Origin: Entomortierella parvispora E1425
Taxonomy: Eukaryota > Fungi > Mortierellomycota
Length of the DNA stretch: 64,000 nt
Direction: 5' to 3'
NCBI GenBank assembly: GCA_020891255.1
Contig: BQFW01000013.1
Coordinates: 2,108,001-2,172,000, forward strand
A program made the translations under genes and the position numbers. Shown one piece after another: positions 23,443 through 33,999 of this stretch. The number at the start of each line of letters is the position of its first letter. Position 1 is the stretch's first letter. The notes below the pieces were generated by a model, which was not told the origin of the DNA, searched no databases, and was given only the letters and a program-made list of their open reading frames with translations.

Positions 23443-25035
23443 ATGGCTTCTCTCTCTGCGCACAAAGATAACATTGACGACGGTCAAGTCCCTTCGCTCT
23501 CAGACAAGATGAAAGAGGCTACCGCCCCTGGCGGTGACCATCCAGAGGATGGAGATTTAAGCAAGGTGCCTGACGACAAGGACAACGCTGTGATCGAGGA
23601 CCATCCAGTTCACACTCTGGGCGTGACCGATCCCGTCAAGAAAGAAAAGCTTCCAAGAGGTCAAGACACCTTGAAGGTCCAGGTCCAAGAGTTGACAAAA
23701 GTGATTGCAGACTTGAGGCTGCAGGTCAGAGAAAGAGACGCCAAGATAGCTCGTTCGGAGTCGCAAGCAAGAAAAAAAGACGCCGAGATAGCTCGTTTGG
23801 AGTCGCAGGCAAGAGAAAATGATGACCAGATGGCGCAGGCAGCGCGTTCGGAGAAGAAATTGAGGAAGTCTGGGGAAAAACTGCGGGATCAAGTCGAGGA
23901 AATGAAAACGAACGAAGCAGAAAAAGTCAAAGAGATCAAGGACTTGAAGCTACAACTACAAAGTGCCCAAGACAACCTGAAAGAAACAATGCAAGAGAAT
24001 GAAAAGCTTGGAATCAAAGGTAAGTTGCATCCTTCCAACCTGCAGATCTTCACTTTTTTTTTCATCTTTTGTGTATTTTTAACAATTTTATATCTGAACT
24101 GACCAATCTAATACCAGGACCTGACCACTGCTTCGCCTTTTTGAACCACTCTTTCGAGCCCTGTAAAGGAAAACCAGGACTGGGGAAATTGATGTGCGAT
24201 GCACATACCGGTTTCCCATATCTCCAATCTACAAAACCCAAGAATACAAAGTGGCGATCCTTTGCTCTCCCTGAAGGGTACGAAATACCAAAAAAATTCA
24301 AATATGCACTGGGAAGGGAATATTCTCAGGAGCATCACCATAAACTGAAGGCTAAGGATCTCTGCATGTTCAAGTTCAGGAATGAAGAGACAGCGAACAT
24401 GGATAGGTGCCGTAAGAAAGCGACAGTGGTCATTTCTGAAGGCAAGAAGGACAGACCTGTCCTACTTTGCAAAGAGCACGACGATATCAAACCCCCTTCA
24501 AGTTACTTTCCCGAACGCTTCGGAAAAGAGGTCTATGGTCGCCTTTTTCCAGGTAAAGAAAAAAAAGAAAAAGAAGTTATAGAAGTCATTTTTTTTTCTT
24601 GGATGCCTTCTAGTGCTCGCTAATCTCTTTCTTAACTCAAACTACTCACCTCCCGTTGGATTTAACCAGAAAATGGCATCTACAATAATCTTCTCGCTGG
24701 ACAACTTCTTCACCAGCGCCTCTGTCACTCCTGCCCTGTGACAAAAGGTGACTATATGGGCTACCTCTACGCCTACGAAGCCAATAACAAGGCCAAACAG
24801 AGCGCGCACCAGGCTTCCTGCAACCGGAATTGGAGTCTGATCAAGATTGGCTTTACCGGCAACAGCCTTACCGTCAGAAAACGTCAGCTCAAAAGTGAAT
24901 GCAAAAAACGCAATGCCACTGCCACTGCCACTGCCGATGCCGATGCAGATACCGATGCAGATGCAAAAGACGAAGACGAAGATGAAGAGGATGGCGATGA
25001 AGCTGAAGATGAGGATGAGGACGATGAACAAGGGA

Positions 25036-25129
<94 letters not shown>

Positions 25130-25481
25130 TAATGATGATGATGATGATGATGACGAGGACTCGCCTTTCAAAGTATTTTTGCCCCTCATGAGGAACGCCG
25201 AGCAAGCCCTTCGACTTAACGCGAAAGAGAATGGCAAACTCTGTCGATATGTCATGCTCTTTGAAAAACTTGTTCATGGGCTGTTCATCAAAGTCGAAAA
25301 TTACAAGTGCGGAGGAGGTTGCGAGGTAGCCCACCGCGAATGGTTCAAGGTTGAGAAGAACTGCCCCATTTAAGATGCTATCAACCCGGGTGCTGACTTG
25401 CTCGACCGATTGCAATTGTTTTATCCTGCTCCAGTGGCTGGCAAGAACAACTCGGCTCCTGAACTCAAAGATCGCATTTGA
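23443..25481 (+). CDS. T5orf172-family protein with poly-Asp insertion and in-frame premature stop at 25371-25373
   Basis: Introns 24020-24117 and 24553-24669 give an in-frame product. GYLYAY, IKIG and HREWF are present. The paralogous tail continues in frame after TAA. Confidence 0.75.
25038..25130 (+). repeat. (GACGAT)n microsatellite encoding 31 consecutive Asp
   Basis: Direct reading of the sequence. Confidence 0.95.
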
Positions 25482-25819
25482 CCTTCATTCTTGCACCATA
25501 TCACCGAAACCGAAAGCGATGAGCAATACATATGTCAATAAAAGAAATAAACACACCTTCAAAATGGATCAAGGCTCTCACATCTCCTTGCTTTTGATTA
25601 TAGCGCATTCGTTAGCCGCTGGGGTTGGAGTGATTTTTTTCCTATCATGCCTGTGACAAAAATGACGTTGCAAGACGTCGTCTAGCATGCCTTTATTGTG
25701 AATACAAGACGCGAGTGTTCCTGATGCTGTACGCGAGATCGAGATCGAAAGAGGGCAATCCCTGATTTTTTTTTTCCTTCTTTCGCCCGCAATCATCCTT
25801 TTTGGTCGTCACCTGGTTC

Positions 25820-27260
25820 TTACTTGCCACCCAGCTTGAATCCACCTCCAAAGGGAGAAGCCGTCGCAGCTGGTGCACCAAAGAGACTCGACTCACCCGC
25901 TGCAGGGCCAGCTGGAGGCGCCGTGAGCGAAAAGGTGGGTGCAGAAGTCGGGGCCGCTAAAGCCGCTTGTCCAAAGCCTCCAAATGCTCCTGTTGTAGCC
26001 GCAGGCGCAGCCGTCGAGGTCGCAGGGGTGGCTCCAAAGCCTCCAAATCCGCCCATGCTGCTGGCTGCTGGCTGTCCAAAGAGAGAGAATCCAGCTATTG
26101 AAGTCGCTGGTGCAGTCGATCCAAAGAGACCGCTCCTAGCAGGTGCAGCGGTGGTTGTGGTCGTAGATCCAAAGAGTCCTGAGGTAGCAGGGCAGCCGAG
26201 GTGGAGGAGACTCCACCAAACAAACTACCGCTAAAGGCAGGTTTGACCGCTGTGGAGGTCGCTGGGGCTGTAGTGGGAGGACTCGCACCTGCTGCTGATC
26301 CTGGTCGAAGTGTCTCCTTGGCGATATCTCTAAAGGACTTTTGACTGCTGCCACTGTTGATACTCTGACCCCTTTCTCCAACATCGCAGATCGTTGAACT
26401 TCAGAACCCCGCAGACCATTCTGGGCTCTCCTGTGCTTTTGCTGCTGCTGGTGCTGATGGTGTGCCTCGAAGGGATCCGATTTGTCATCAAAGAATTTCC
26501 GACGGAACACCAGGTATGCCTTTTCCCGATCCCTAATCTCATCATGGAGTACCTCCACACGACTGGCAACTGACAAGAATCCCTCGTGCTGATTCCTCAA
26601 AACTTTGGGCAATGGTAGTAAATGAAAAAAAGACCCGTGAATTTGTAAATAAAGAATCTTTGTGCTAGAACAACGCATACAGCAGCCCCAGTATGATATG
26701 CAGTCGCTACCATGTGACACCTGGGGGTTCTTGGACCCAAATGAGGCCATATGACGTTCAATTTCCTAATAGAAGCATACGAACCCATTATAACGCTCCA
26801 TAGATTAGCGCTCCATCCGCCGCATTGTTGAGCGTGTTGCTAAAACGCCTGATATCATCCAGTCCATACCTCGATAGTGCTCCGGACCTGTCTAATCTGA
26901 TCCTCAAATGCCTGGCACTGATCCAGAAAGTATCTGCGATGATGGTCAATGAAGCACTGTTAGCCGCCTGAAAAATCAAGTCAAGTGAATGACGATAACC
27001 TGAATTCAAAAATCCTTACTGTCCTGCCGAGTTGTTTCCAGCATATAAAAAATTGGCCTGTGATGTGTTGCTGTAGTCTTCGATGATTCTTCCTGCAGAA
27101 TCTGCCTGCTTCAGCTCTTGTCCGACCTTGCTCTGCAACGCCTCGATCACCTTTGTATCCCGACCCAAAGCGTCGTTCAATGTGCTCAATCTCTTGGACA
27201 GCTCCACTGTGTCTTTTGAAATCTTGTCCAGTGAATCTGATGGTCTGGAAGTCAATGTCG
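25820..27260 (-). pseudogene. 5'-truncated, frameshifted NUP58/NUP49 copy
   Basis: Colinear with 56772-58230, with the same introns and FG tail but frame breaks and no 5' exons. Confidence 0.85.
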
Positions 27261-28915
27261 CTTGGATATTTGTCGACTGAATTCGACAGTTTCCAGCTCC
27301 AGATCAATTGCTTGCGAGAGTGTACTGTCCACGCTGGATGGCCTCGACGTGACAACGACATATTGTTGTCCGGGGAGGGCCGTTAAGGATGTTCTAAAGG
27401 TCTTGCGGTCATCGTTCTTCGTATCTGCCACAATCTCATCCATGCCATCCAAGATGAAAAGATCTTTCCCTTTTAAGCGAAAGTCACAAGAGCAGCCAAT
27501 GCCGATTGACGCTGTTCGCGATTCTGGGCGATAATGACCTTTTTACGAAATAGGTCTTCCAGTGTGGTGCCCATTTATCCCCATTGGTTTCGTGATGGGA
27601 TCCACAGTACGATATCGAATACCCTCCGGAGTCCATTCCGATGTGCATGGACAAGCTTCTTGCAACGTGTCGTTTTACCAATCCCTGCTCGCCCTTGCAC
27701 CAAAATCCCTCTCGGAACGCCCTCACGTTCGTTGCTTTTGAGTGATGGTAGCTTGCGCTGGTAGAAAAGTTGTCTCAGAGAGATCAATGACTCCGTATTC
27801 GACTTTTCCACCTGCTCGAAGCTCCGCATCCGATTAAATACAGCCGCCTGCTCGTTGAGATCTTTCTGAAAATGCTGTGACTGGCAGATGGTGGGTGGCT
27901 ATGGGGAGGAGCCGAGAGTAGTCACTGTCGAGCACGGGAGCCAACTGGACAACTTCAGCCACCGCAGCAGCATCCTTGGTGCCATTGCTCCTGAATTTTT
28001 GGACGATCTGAACAGCTATCGTCTGCAAGCGGTCCTTCTCATCCAAGTTATTTCGAGTGCTGCGTCGCCACTGGAGATCTTCAAGTGAGATATCCTCTTC
28101 ATGGACTGAATCCTGCAAGAGCTGGAGACCGTAGCCAACTTGATATGTACTTTGTAATGGCTCGTCTGGACCTAGTAGCGTACACTGAACAGGAGCGGGA
28201 TTCACATCCTTGGTGAAGAACGTCGTAGATTCCTGAATATTGGTAGCCTCTGAACAGATAATTATTCGAGGGGTTGGCGGGAGCATCGGTCGGGGGCGTC
28301 GGTCGAGGGGTGGAGGAGATGTTGGCAGCGCATGTGGCAGAGGTTTTAAGAAAAAAGGTGCAAAGTCAACATTAATAAAGGTCGACGTGGAAGTGGTGTT
28401 GGTTGACAATAGGGACATACCTGCCAAAGAGACCGTGCGGGCAGCTTTTGTCTCGACTTCCTGAGAAATCACCGGTCCAGTCAAAGACGGCGAGGCGATG
28501 GACACACGAAACCTCCTGTTCTCGCCTAATTCTCTGCTAGCATGAATTGTCTTTCAGTTAGAGTCTTTCAAGCACCCGTCACACGTTGACGAGAATAAGG
28601 GTGCTTACTTCAAGGCATCTGCTTTCTGTCTGCACTCGACGGCCTTGCCCGTTTCTCCCAAGTGATCCAGCACCTCAGCGAGCTCTCGAAGTGCATCGAC
28701 TTTGCCAGTCAACGCATCAGCCTTCTTTTTGTCGATCTTTTTAAGAGCATGTCCCCAGCAGTACGTCAAGACCTTGAGTTTAGAACCCCTCAGCTTCTCG
28801 AGCAGATTGGATACGATCCTTTGCCTTCTCCAAAACCTCGTGTTCAGAAGGCGTCATGTTCACCGTGCTATATACAAAGCAAATATCAGTCTCTGTCTTG
28901 CTGAGCATTCATGAC
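27261..28915 (-). pseudogene. internally deleted NACHT NLR copy joined to the NUP58 relic
   Basis: GRAGIGKT Walker A and LDGMDE Walker B remnants. Colinear with 41930-42540 and 43830-44880, lacking about 1.3 kb between them and all HEAT repeats. Confidence 0.85.
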
Positions 28916-29857
28916 TTGCCGTAGCGGGCACAGTACCTTGGGAGTTGTCAGCTATTCTGGTGGTCGATAGCACGTAGAGTACGAGCGCAAAAAAAAAAGA
29001 TGGTGAGGAAAAGTGGAGAAGTGGAAAGAAATGAGAGGAGCTGCTTCAACCACGACAAGCGTGAGAGCATTGCCTTACCCTCTTTTCCCCATTTTTTTTT
29101 CTTCCCAGACTCCTGTGAGAACTCAAAAAGCCGCCGCCGTGCTCAAGAGATGGAAAAGAGAGGGCGAATACTTGTGCGACGCAGTGCTGCTTGCTTTGTT
29201 CTCAGTTGCACATGACGTTTAAAGTTCAATACAGCGAAGGTTTGTCCAATGCAGCCTGGACCCGATCGGAAGTGCATGGATGAAGGTGCATGTGATTGAA
29301 GCATGGAATGAGAAATGGCATGAAGAAGAGTGGTGGCGTCAAATTTCTCAGGCAGAGGGATTTGGTGGCGTTTGATCTTCAGCGTGTTCTCTGTTGCGTT
29401 TCCTGCGTTTTTTTTTTTTTTTTTTTTTTTTTCAGCAGGTTGCAGAGAACTCTCGCCTTGCTCCCACTCTTGCTGAGCGTTGCGTCTGCATGCTTGATCC
29501 AGGTCAAAAGCAACAGGGGCAAGTCTAGCAAACTCCACGCATGTAACGACACCCAAGAATGTTGTTGTTCCAGAACACAAAAACTGCCTCTATCCAATTA
29601 ACGATGCGGGGAATCGTCTACAATCGACGTCAGTTGTAGTAACAATAATAAGAGACAGATGTGCCTGGAAAGCTCTTTTTTTTTTTGATAGCTACTGAGT
29701 GCTGTGTTCATGTTTTTTTTATTCAGAAGCCTCTGGGCAATTGGAATGTGAGCATCGTCGTCATTTCAAAGAGGGAGGGAGTCGAGAGGACCGATCCGAT
29801 TGCAGCTCTGCGCCAAACCCTGGATCAAGAAGGGCACGCTTGGTCATTGAGAACAGC

Positions 29858-30559
29858 TTAATATCGCCAAGTCCTCCAATGGGGGACGTGGTATTCACAA
29901 TAAAGGATGGGAATCCCTCTCTTTTTACACTCGAGGGCTTCATCATAAGTGACGATTTTCTGGCACGGCCGGCCCTTCGACTTCGCGTATCCATTACATT
30001 TCAGATGCTTGTTATGAGGATCGTGTTGACCACAAAAGAAGCCAAACTGACCGGATGATAACTTCACAAGCTCGACATCAGTCCGCAGACAAGGTCCGTC
30101 CTTTGAGATGCAGTAGCCTTGGCAGGAATAGAGATCTTGACTGAAGCCACTTACTAACTGGAGATCATATTCCAAATAAGTGTCCTCATCCTCCTCTTCC
30201 TCTTCCTCCTCCTCCTCCTCTTCCTCCTCCTCCTCCTCCTCTTCATCACCTTCCTCTTCCTCTTCCTCTTCCTCTTCCTCTTCATCGTCATCGTCATCGT
30301 CGTCCTCATTCTCATCCTCATCCTCATCCTCATCCTCATCCTCTTTCTCATCTACTTCATCTTCTTCATCCTCATCTACATCTTGGTCATCGTCATCTTC
30401 CTCAACTTCTCTGTGGTCTTCTTGTTCCTTCTTTGACTCAGACTTCAGCTTTGACTCGGATTTTGGCAAGAGGGTGATGGGCCTCATGTTGTTCTTGTCC
30501 TCGTTGTTGTCTCGATTGTTCTTGTTTTTTAAAGGACGGCGGCTGATCGTCATTTTCAT
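29858..30559 (-). CDS. highly acidic protein with two C-x-G...C...C-x2-H zinc-finger-like repeats
   Basis: Long D/E tract, then CQGYCISKDGPC...FCGQHDP and CNGYAKSKGRPC...YCEYH. Confidence 0.75.
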   Translation of the reverse strand: MKMTISRRPLKNKNNRDNNEDKNNMRPITLLPKSESKLKSESKKEQEDHREVEEDDDDQDVDEDEEDEVDEKEDEDEDEDEDENEDDDDDDDEEEEEEEEEEEGDEEEEEEEEEEEEEEEEEEDEDTYLEYDLQLVSGFSQDLYSCQGYCISKDGPCLRTDVELVKLSSGQFGFFCGQHDPHNKHLKCNGYAKSKGRPCQKIVTYDEALECKKRGIPILYCEYHVPHWRTWRY

Positions 30560-31432
30560 TTTCGGACAAAGACAAAATAATGAAGAATGAGGAGACAATG
30601 AAGTGGGCATGGCCTATGATGAGAGCGATGGATGCAGAAGATACCACTCTCACATGGCAGCTCAACAAACACCCCTTGCTTGCTCACTATTTTTCTTACG
30701 TTGGACTTTGCTGAAAGGCACGCCAAGGCGCGGTGCAAGAGCATGTGAACAGGAAAGCAAAAGGACGAGGGGAGAGAGGAGTGTTTGGTTGAGGATTTTG
30801 AAGAAAGGAAAAAAAAAGTGTCCTCCTGACGTTGCTTGTCTTTGGACACAAAGCATACAGTAGCACCGGGAGAAGAGGCAAAGGGAAAAAAAAAAAAAAA
30901 AAAAAAAAAAAGTCTAAGTAGCAGAGCATGTTCCTCTCAACTTCCCTCTTGACCCTCTGTCCCTGTGCGCAAACAATGAGGGAGGGGATCGCCTGTGATG
31001 AGAGTGGTGGGTGTGAAAGATATCACTCCCACATGGAAGCTCAACAAAAACGGCTCACTTGTTCACCCTTTTCTTACTGGGACCTGTCTGAAGGAGAAGG
31101 GCAGGCCGAGGTGCGGTGCTGGAGGTGTGAACAGCAAAGCAAAAGGACGAGGGAAGAGAGGAGTGTTTGCTTGGGGATGTTGAAGTATCCTCCTGATGTG
31201 GTTTGTCGTTGGACACAAAGCGCACAGCAGAGAGGGAACAAAACACCCGCCATCTCCGGCGATGATTGGCCAAATCTTTTCCAGTGTGCCTGCAGGACAT
31301 CATGTTTCTCTCCTGACAGCACGCGTGGCGCGACCAACCTCCTCCCTCTTAACCCCGTCCCTGTGCACCTCTCTTCCTCTCCGTTCTTACCCATTCATTT
31401 GCCCTCTTCTCCTGCCCATCTTATTAAGCTCG

Positions 31433-31783
31433 ATGTTAGCCCTTACAAACATTTCAATCTTGCTCGCATTGTTGTCAGCCGGTGCCGCTTCGGTCAAGAC
31501 AGGAGTTCCTTGGTTGGACGACTGGGATAACGGATGGAATGTCAACTGGCACGGAGAACCGGTTGATCCAGCTGTTTCTTGCTTCGGGGAACCTTGTAAA
31601 CCGTTCAAACTCCCTGAACCGCACCCTCCCCTTATTTTCCCTGATTTATGCCAATCAGCCACTGGCCCTGGAATGATCCCTTGTTTCGATGACTTAAAAA
31701 ATCTTGATATGTTTCCCGAGGAAACCGACGAGGAATTTCAGGTTTCTCAGCTTTCTCCAGAGGACCTTCATTGCTATGAATGA
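31433..31783 (+). CDS. small secreted acidic protein (116 aa, 5 Cys), unknown family
   Basis: MLALTNISILLALLSAGAA signal peptide and an intronless ORF. Confidence 0.65.
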   Translation: MLALTNISILLALLSAGAASVKTGVPWLDDWDNGWNVNWHGEPVDPAVSCFGEPCKPFKLPEPHPPLIFPDLCQSATGPGMIPCFDDLKNLDMFPEETDEEFQVSQLSPEDLHCYE

Positions 31784-33135
31784 GGTCTTTTTCTGATAGC
31801 ACGCAGGATGCAGCATGACTAGTTTCATGTCATTGAAATGTGCTGGTCATCCGATTTTCACATGGTCTCTGGTAGTCTTGCTGGTAACGAAAGCAACTTC
31901 CTTACGCCGTCTCGCCAGTTCAAGTGAGCGAAAATAAAATAAAAGTCGGTTTAGTTGCAGTCCAAAAGCCGGTCAGAGATGCGCATGCAACGGCACGTTC
32001 ACACTCAGTGCTGAGGACTGTAAACCCACGTCTCGAGATGTGATTCGTGCGAAGAGGACTGAACACAAAAACTTGTGCATTGCTCTCTATCGCCCTGCAG
32101 CGTGCAACAAAAGGTCATTCCCTGGTACTGGTACTTCAACAAGGAAGCTGAATCTTATTGTTTAGTTTGTTACCTTTGCGGTTTTACCGGTACCGATGCA
32201 TGTTACTGTTTCTCTAAGAGAGGCACACGCCAATGTCGTTTACTCTCGCTTCAAGAAAGGTGTCCTCCTGACGTTGTTTGTCTTTGGACACACAGCGCAC
32301 AGCAGCACAGGCCAGTGGCCATATCCAGCCAGATTGGGAGATAGTATTAATACAGTGGACACCTAAATAGAATAAAAAATAAAAAAATCTGGTTCAGGCA
32401 CAAAGCAAGTCTGGTCCAAATCAAGGCGCCCAAGTCTTGCCAAGCATCTTCTCATCTCTCCCATTTCTCCCTTTCTTCATCTTCCTCCTTGAATCATTTT
32501 CCCCTGCTTGTTGTTTCCTTGTAATTTTAGTTCTGTGAGTGTCTCCTAATTTCTGCCCCATGCCTCTCGTTTGTGTTCGTGCTTGCCGCTTTCTCAATGT
32601 TGTGGAGCAGGCTACAGCACAGGCCAATGCTTAACGCATCCAGCCGGGGGAATATTAAAGGATCAAAGGCATCGTCGCCTTGGGGGTTGTAGCTTACGTT
32701 GGTCAGATGAGTTAATGGGTCGAAGGAGAGGGATCTTACTGTCGGAACACCTAGGCTGCTCTTCTACACCCCAGTCCGCTTTGGTGCCCTTTCTTTTTCC
32801 CTTTCTTTCCCCTGTCCTTTCTTTCTCCTCCCCTTCCTTCTTTTCTCTCCCCTTTCTTCCTTATTCTTTCCCTGACCTTCCTTTTCCCCGTTCTTTTCAT
32901 CGCCCTTTCTGTGCCTTGTCCTGGCTCATCCTTGTCTTCACTTTCCCCTGCACTGGCATTCCTCTGTGCTCACTACTCTCAACCCCCTCTTTTCCTCCTC
33001 ATGTATATAAAGAAGTGACACCTACACATCATCTTGCGCCAACACACATCTGATCCTACCTCAAGACTCAACACTCACAGCAAATTCACAAAGCCTGCAA
33101 GATCCGTCTCAAGAAACATCAAATCAGCCTCACTA

Positions 33136-33396
33136 ATGACTTGCCTTCGGAAACCTGCATGTGTCGTCATTTCTGTCTTTGTGCTGCTGAATGTTCTGAT
33201 AACTGCCAGTGGCCAGACATGTAGCACTGGTGAACCTGCCTGCTGTGACGTCCTTGTCATGGCGTATGACTCTAGCATTGTTGGAATCCATTGCACAGAA
33301 GGTGGAATTGATTGCCCATTCTCAGGACAAATCACAGCTTGCTGCGGATCCATTAACCCTATTACACATGTTGGACATGCCTGCAAGAAGTCCTGA
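33136..33396 (+). CDS. hydrophobin-like secreted 8-Cys protein (86 aa)
   Basis: Signal peptide, then C-x6-CC-x15-C-x6-C-x8-CC-x12-C and a stop three codons later. Confidence 0.75.
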   Translation: MTCLRKPACVVISVFVLLNVLITASGQTCSTGEPACCDVLVMAYDSSIVGIHCTEGGIDCPFSGQITACCGSINPITHVGHACKKS

Positions 33397-33516
33397 TACT
33401 CGACCACTTCGTTAAATAAAAAGTTGAAGTCCAGAGCCCTACCTGCGTGTTACGGTGGCTCTTGGGTAAGAATTAAAGTGCCTGTTATCTGCAACAACTG
33501 AAAGAGAAAAAAAAGA

Positions 33517-33932
33517 ACAAATCTCTACTGTAGAACAATGGGCTTAATCTCAACAGATCGTAGCAACAAGGCTACTCTACTGCTTACAATACCCCGTTCA
33601 GTTAAAGTCGTCTGCAATGGATCTATCCCTTCCAATATTTGAAATTAACATTGACAGGAGCCTCTTAAAGCCTTTTCGCTCTACAAGACCACCCCACGTA
33701 ATATGATTCAGGAACCGAGGCTCTATTCGTATTCAAATAAAAATCGGAAAAGGCGGTAATCGTCGCGTTCTAGCACGGGTTCTGACTTAGAGGCGTTCAG
33801 CCATAATCCAGCGGATGGTAGCTTCGGGCCATTGCCAACTATCTGAATAAAGTGTTCCTCTAGTACTAACTTCAATTTCTATTGCAACAACATTTCATCA
33901 GTAGGGTGAAGCTAACCTGTCTCACACTCTCA
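33517..33932 (-). pseudogene. degenerate 3' end of 25S/28S rRNA gene (second copy)
   Basis: Same LSU motifs as 9079-9518, with an internal deletion and a sarcin-ricin loop reading AGTACTAGAGGAAC. Confidence 0.9.
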
Positions 33933-33999
33933 ATTTTGTGGAGCAGGCTCTGACACGCGTGACGCGATCAACCTCTTCCCCCGTCCGTCCCCGAGCGCG

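Larger units (their letters stand above)
8250..29600. repeat. segmental duplication block A (mosaic paralog of block B)
   Basis: Colinear near-matches: 8250-11560/32760-36100, 12900-15960/35570-38620, 15960-18580/45270-47745, 25620-27260/56660-58230, 27870-29340/43830-45330. Confidence 0.9.

Noticed and set aside
24642-25415. Poly-Ile/Val, poly-Ser and (MT)n ORFs over 24.6-25.4 kb, and similar ones at 30154-30590
   Set aside because: They are alternative-frame or antisense shadows of the Asp/Glu microsatellites in real genes.
32348-32380. TA-CAGTGGACACC resembling a Tc1/mariner terminal repeat
   Set aside because: I found no matching inverted partner or transposase in the window.
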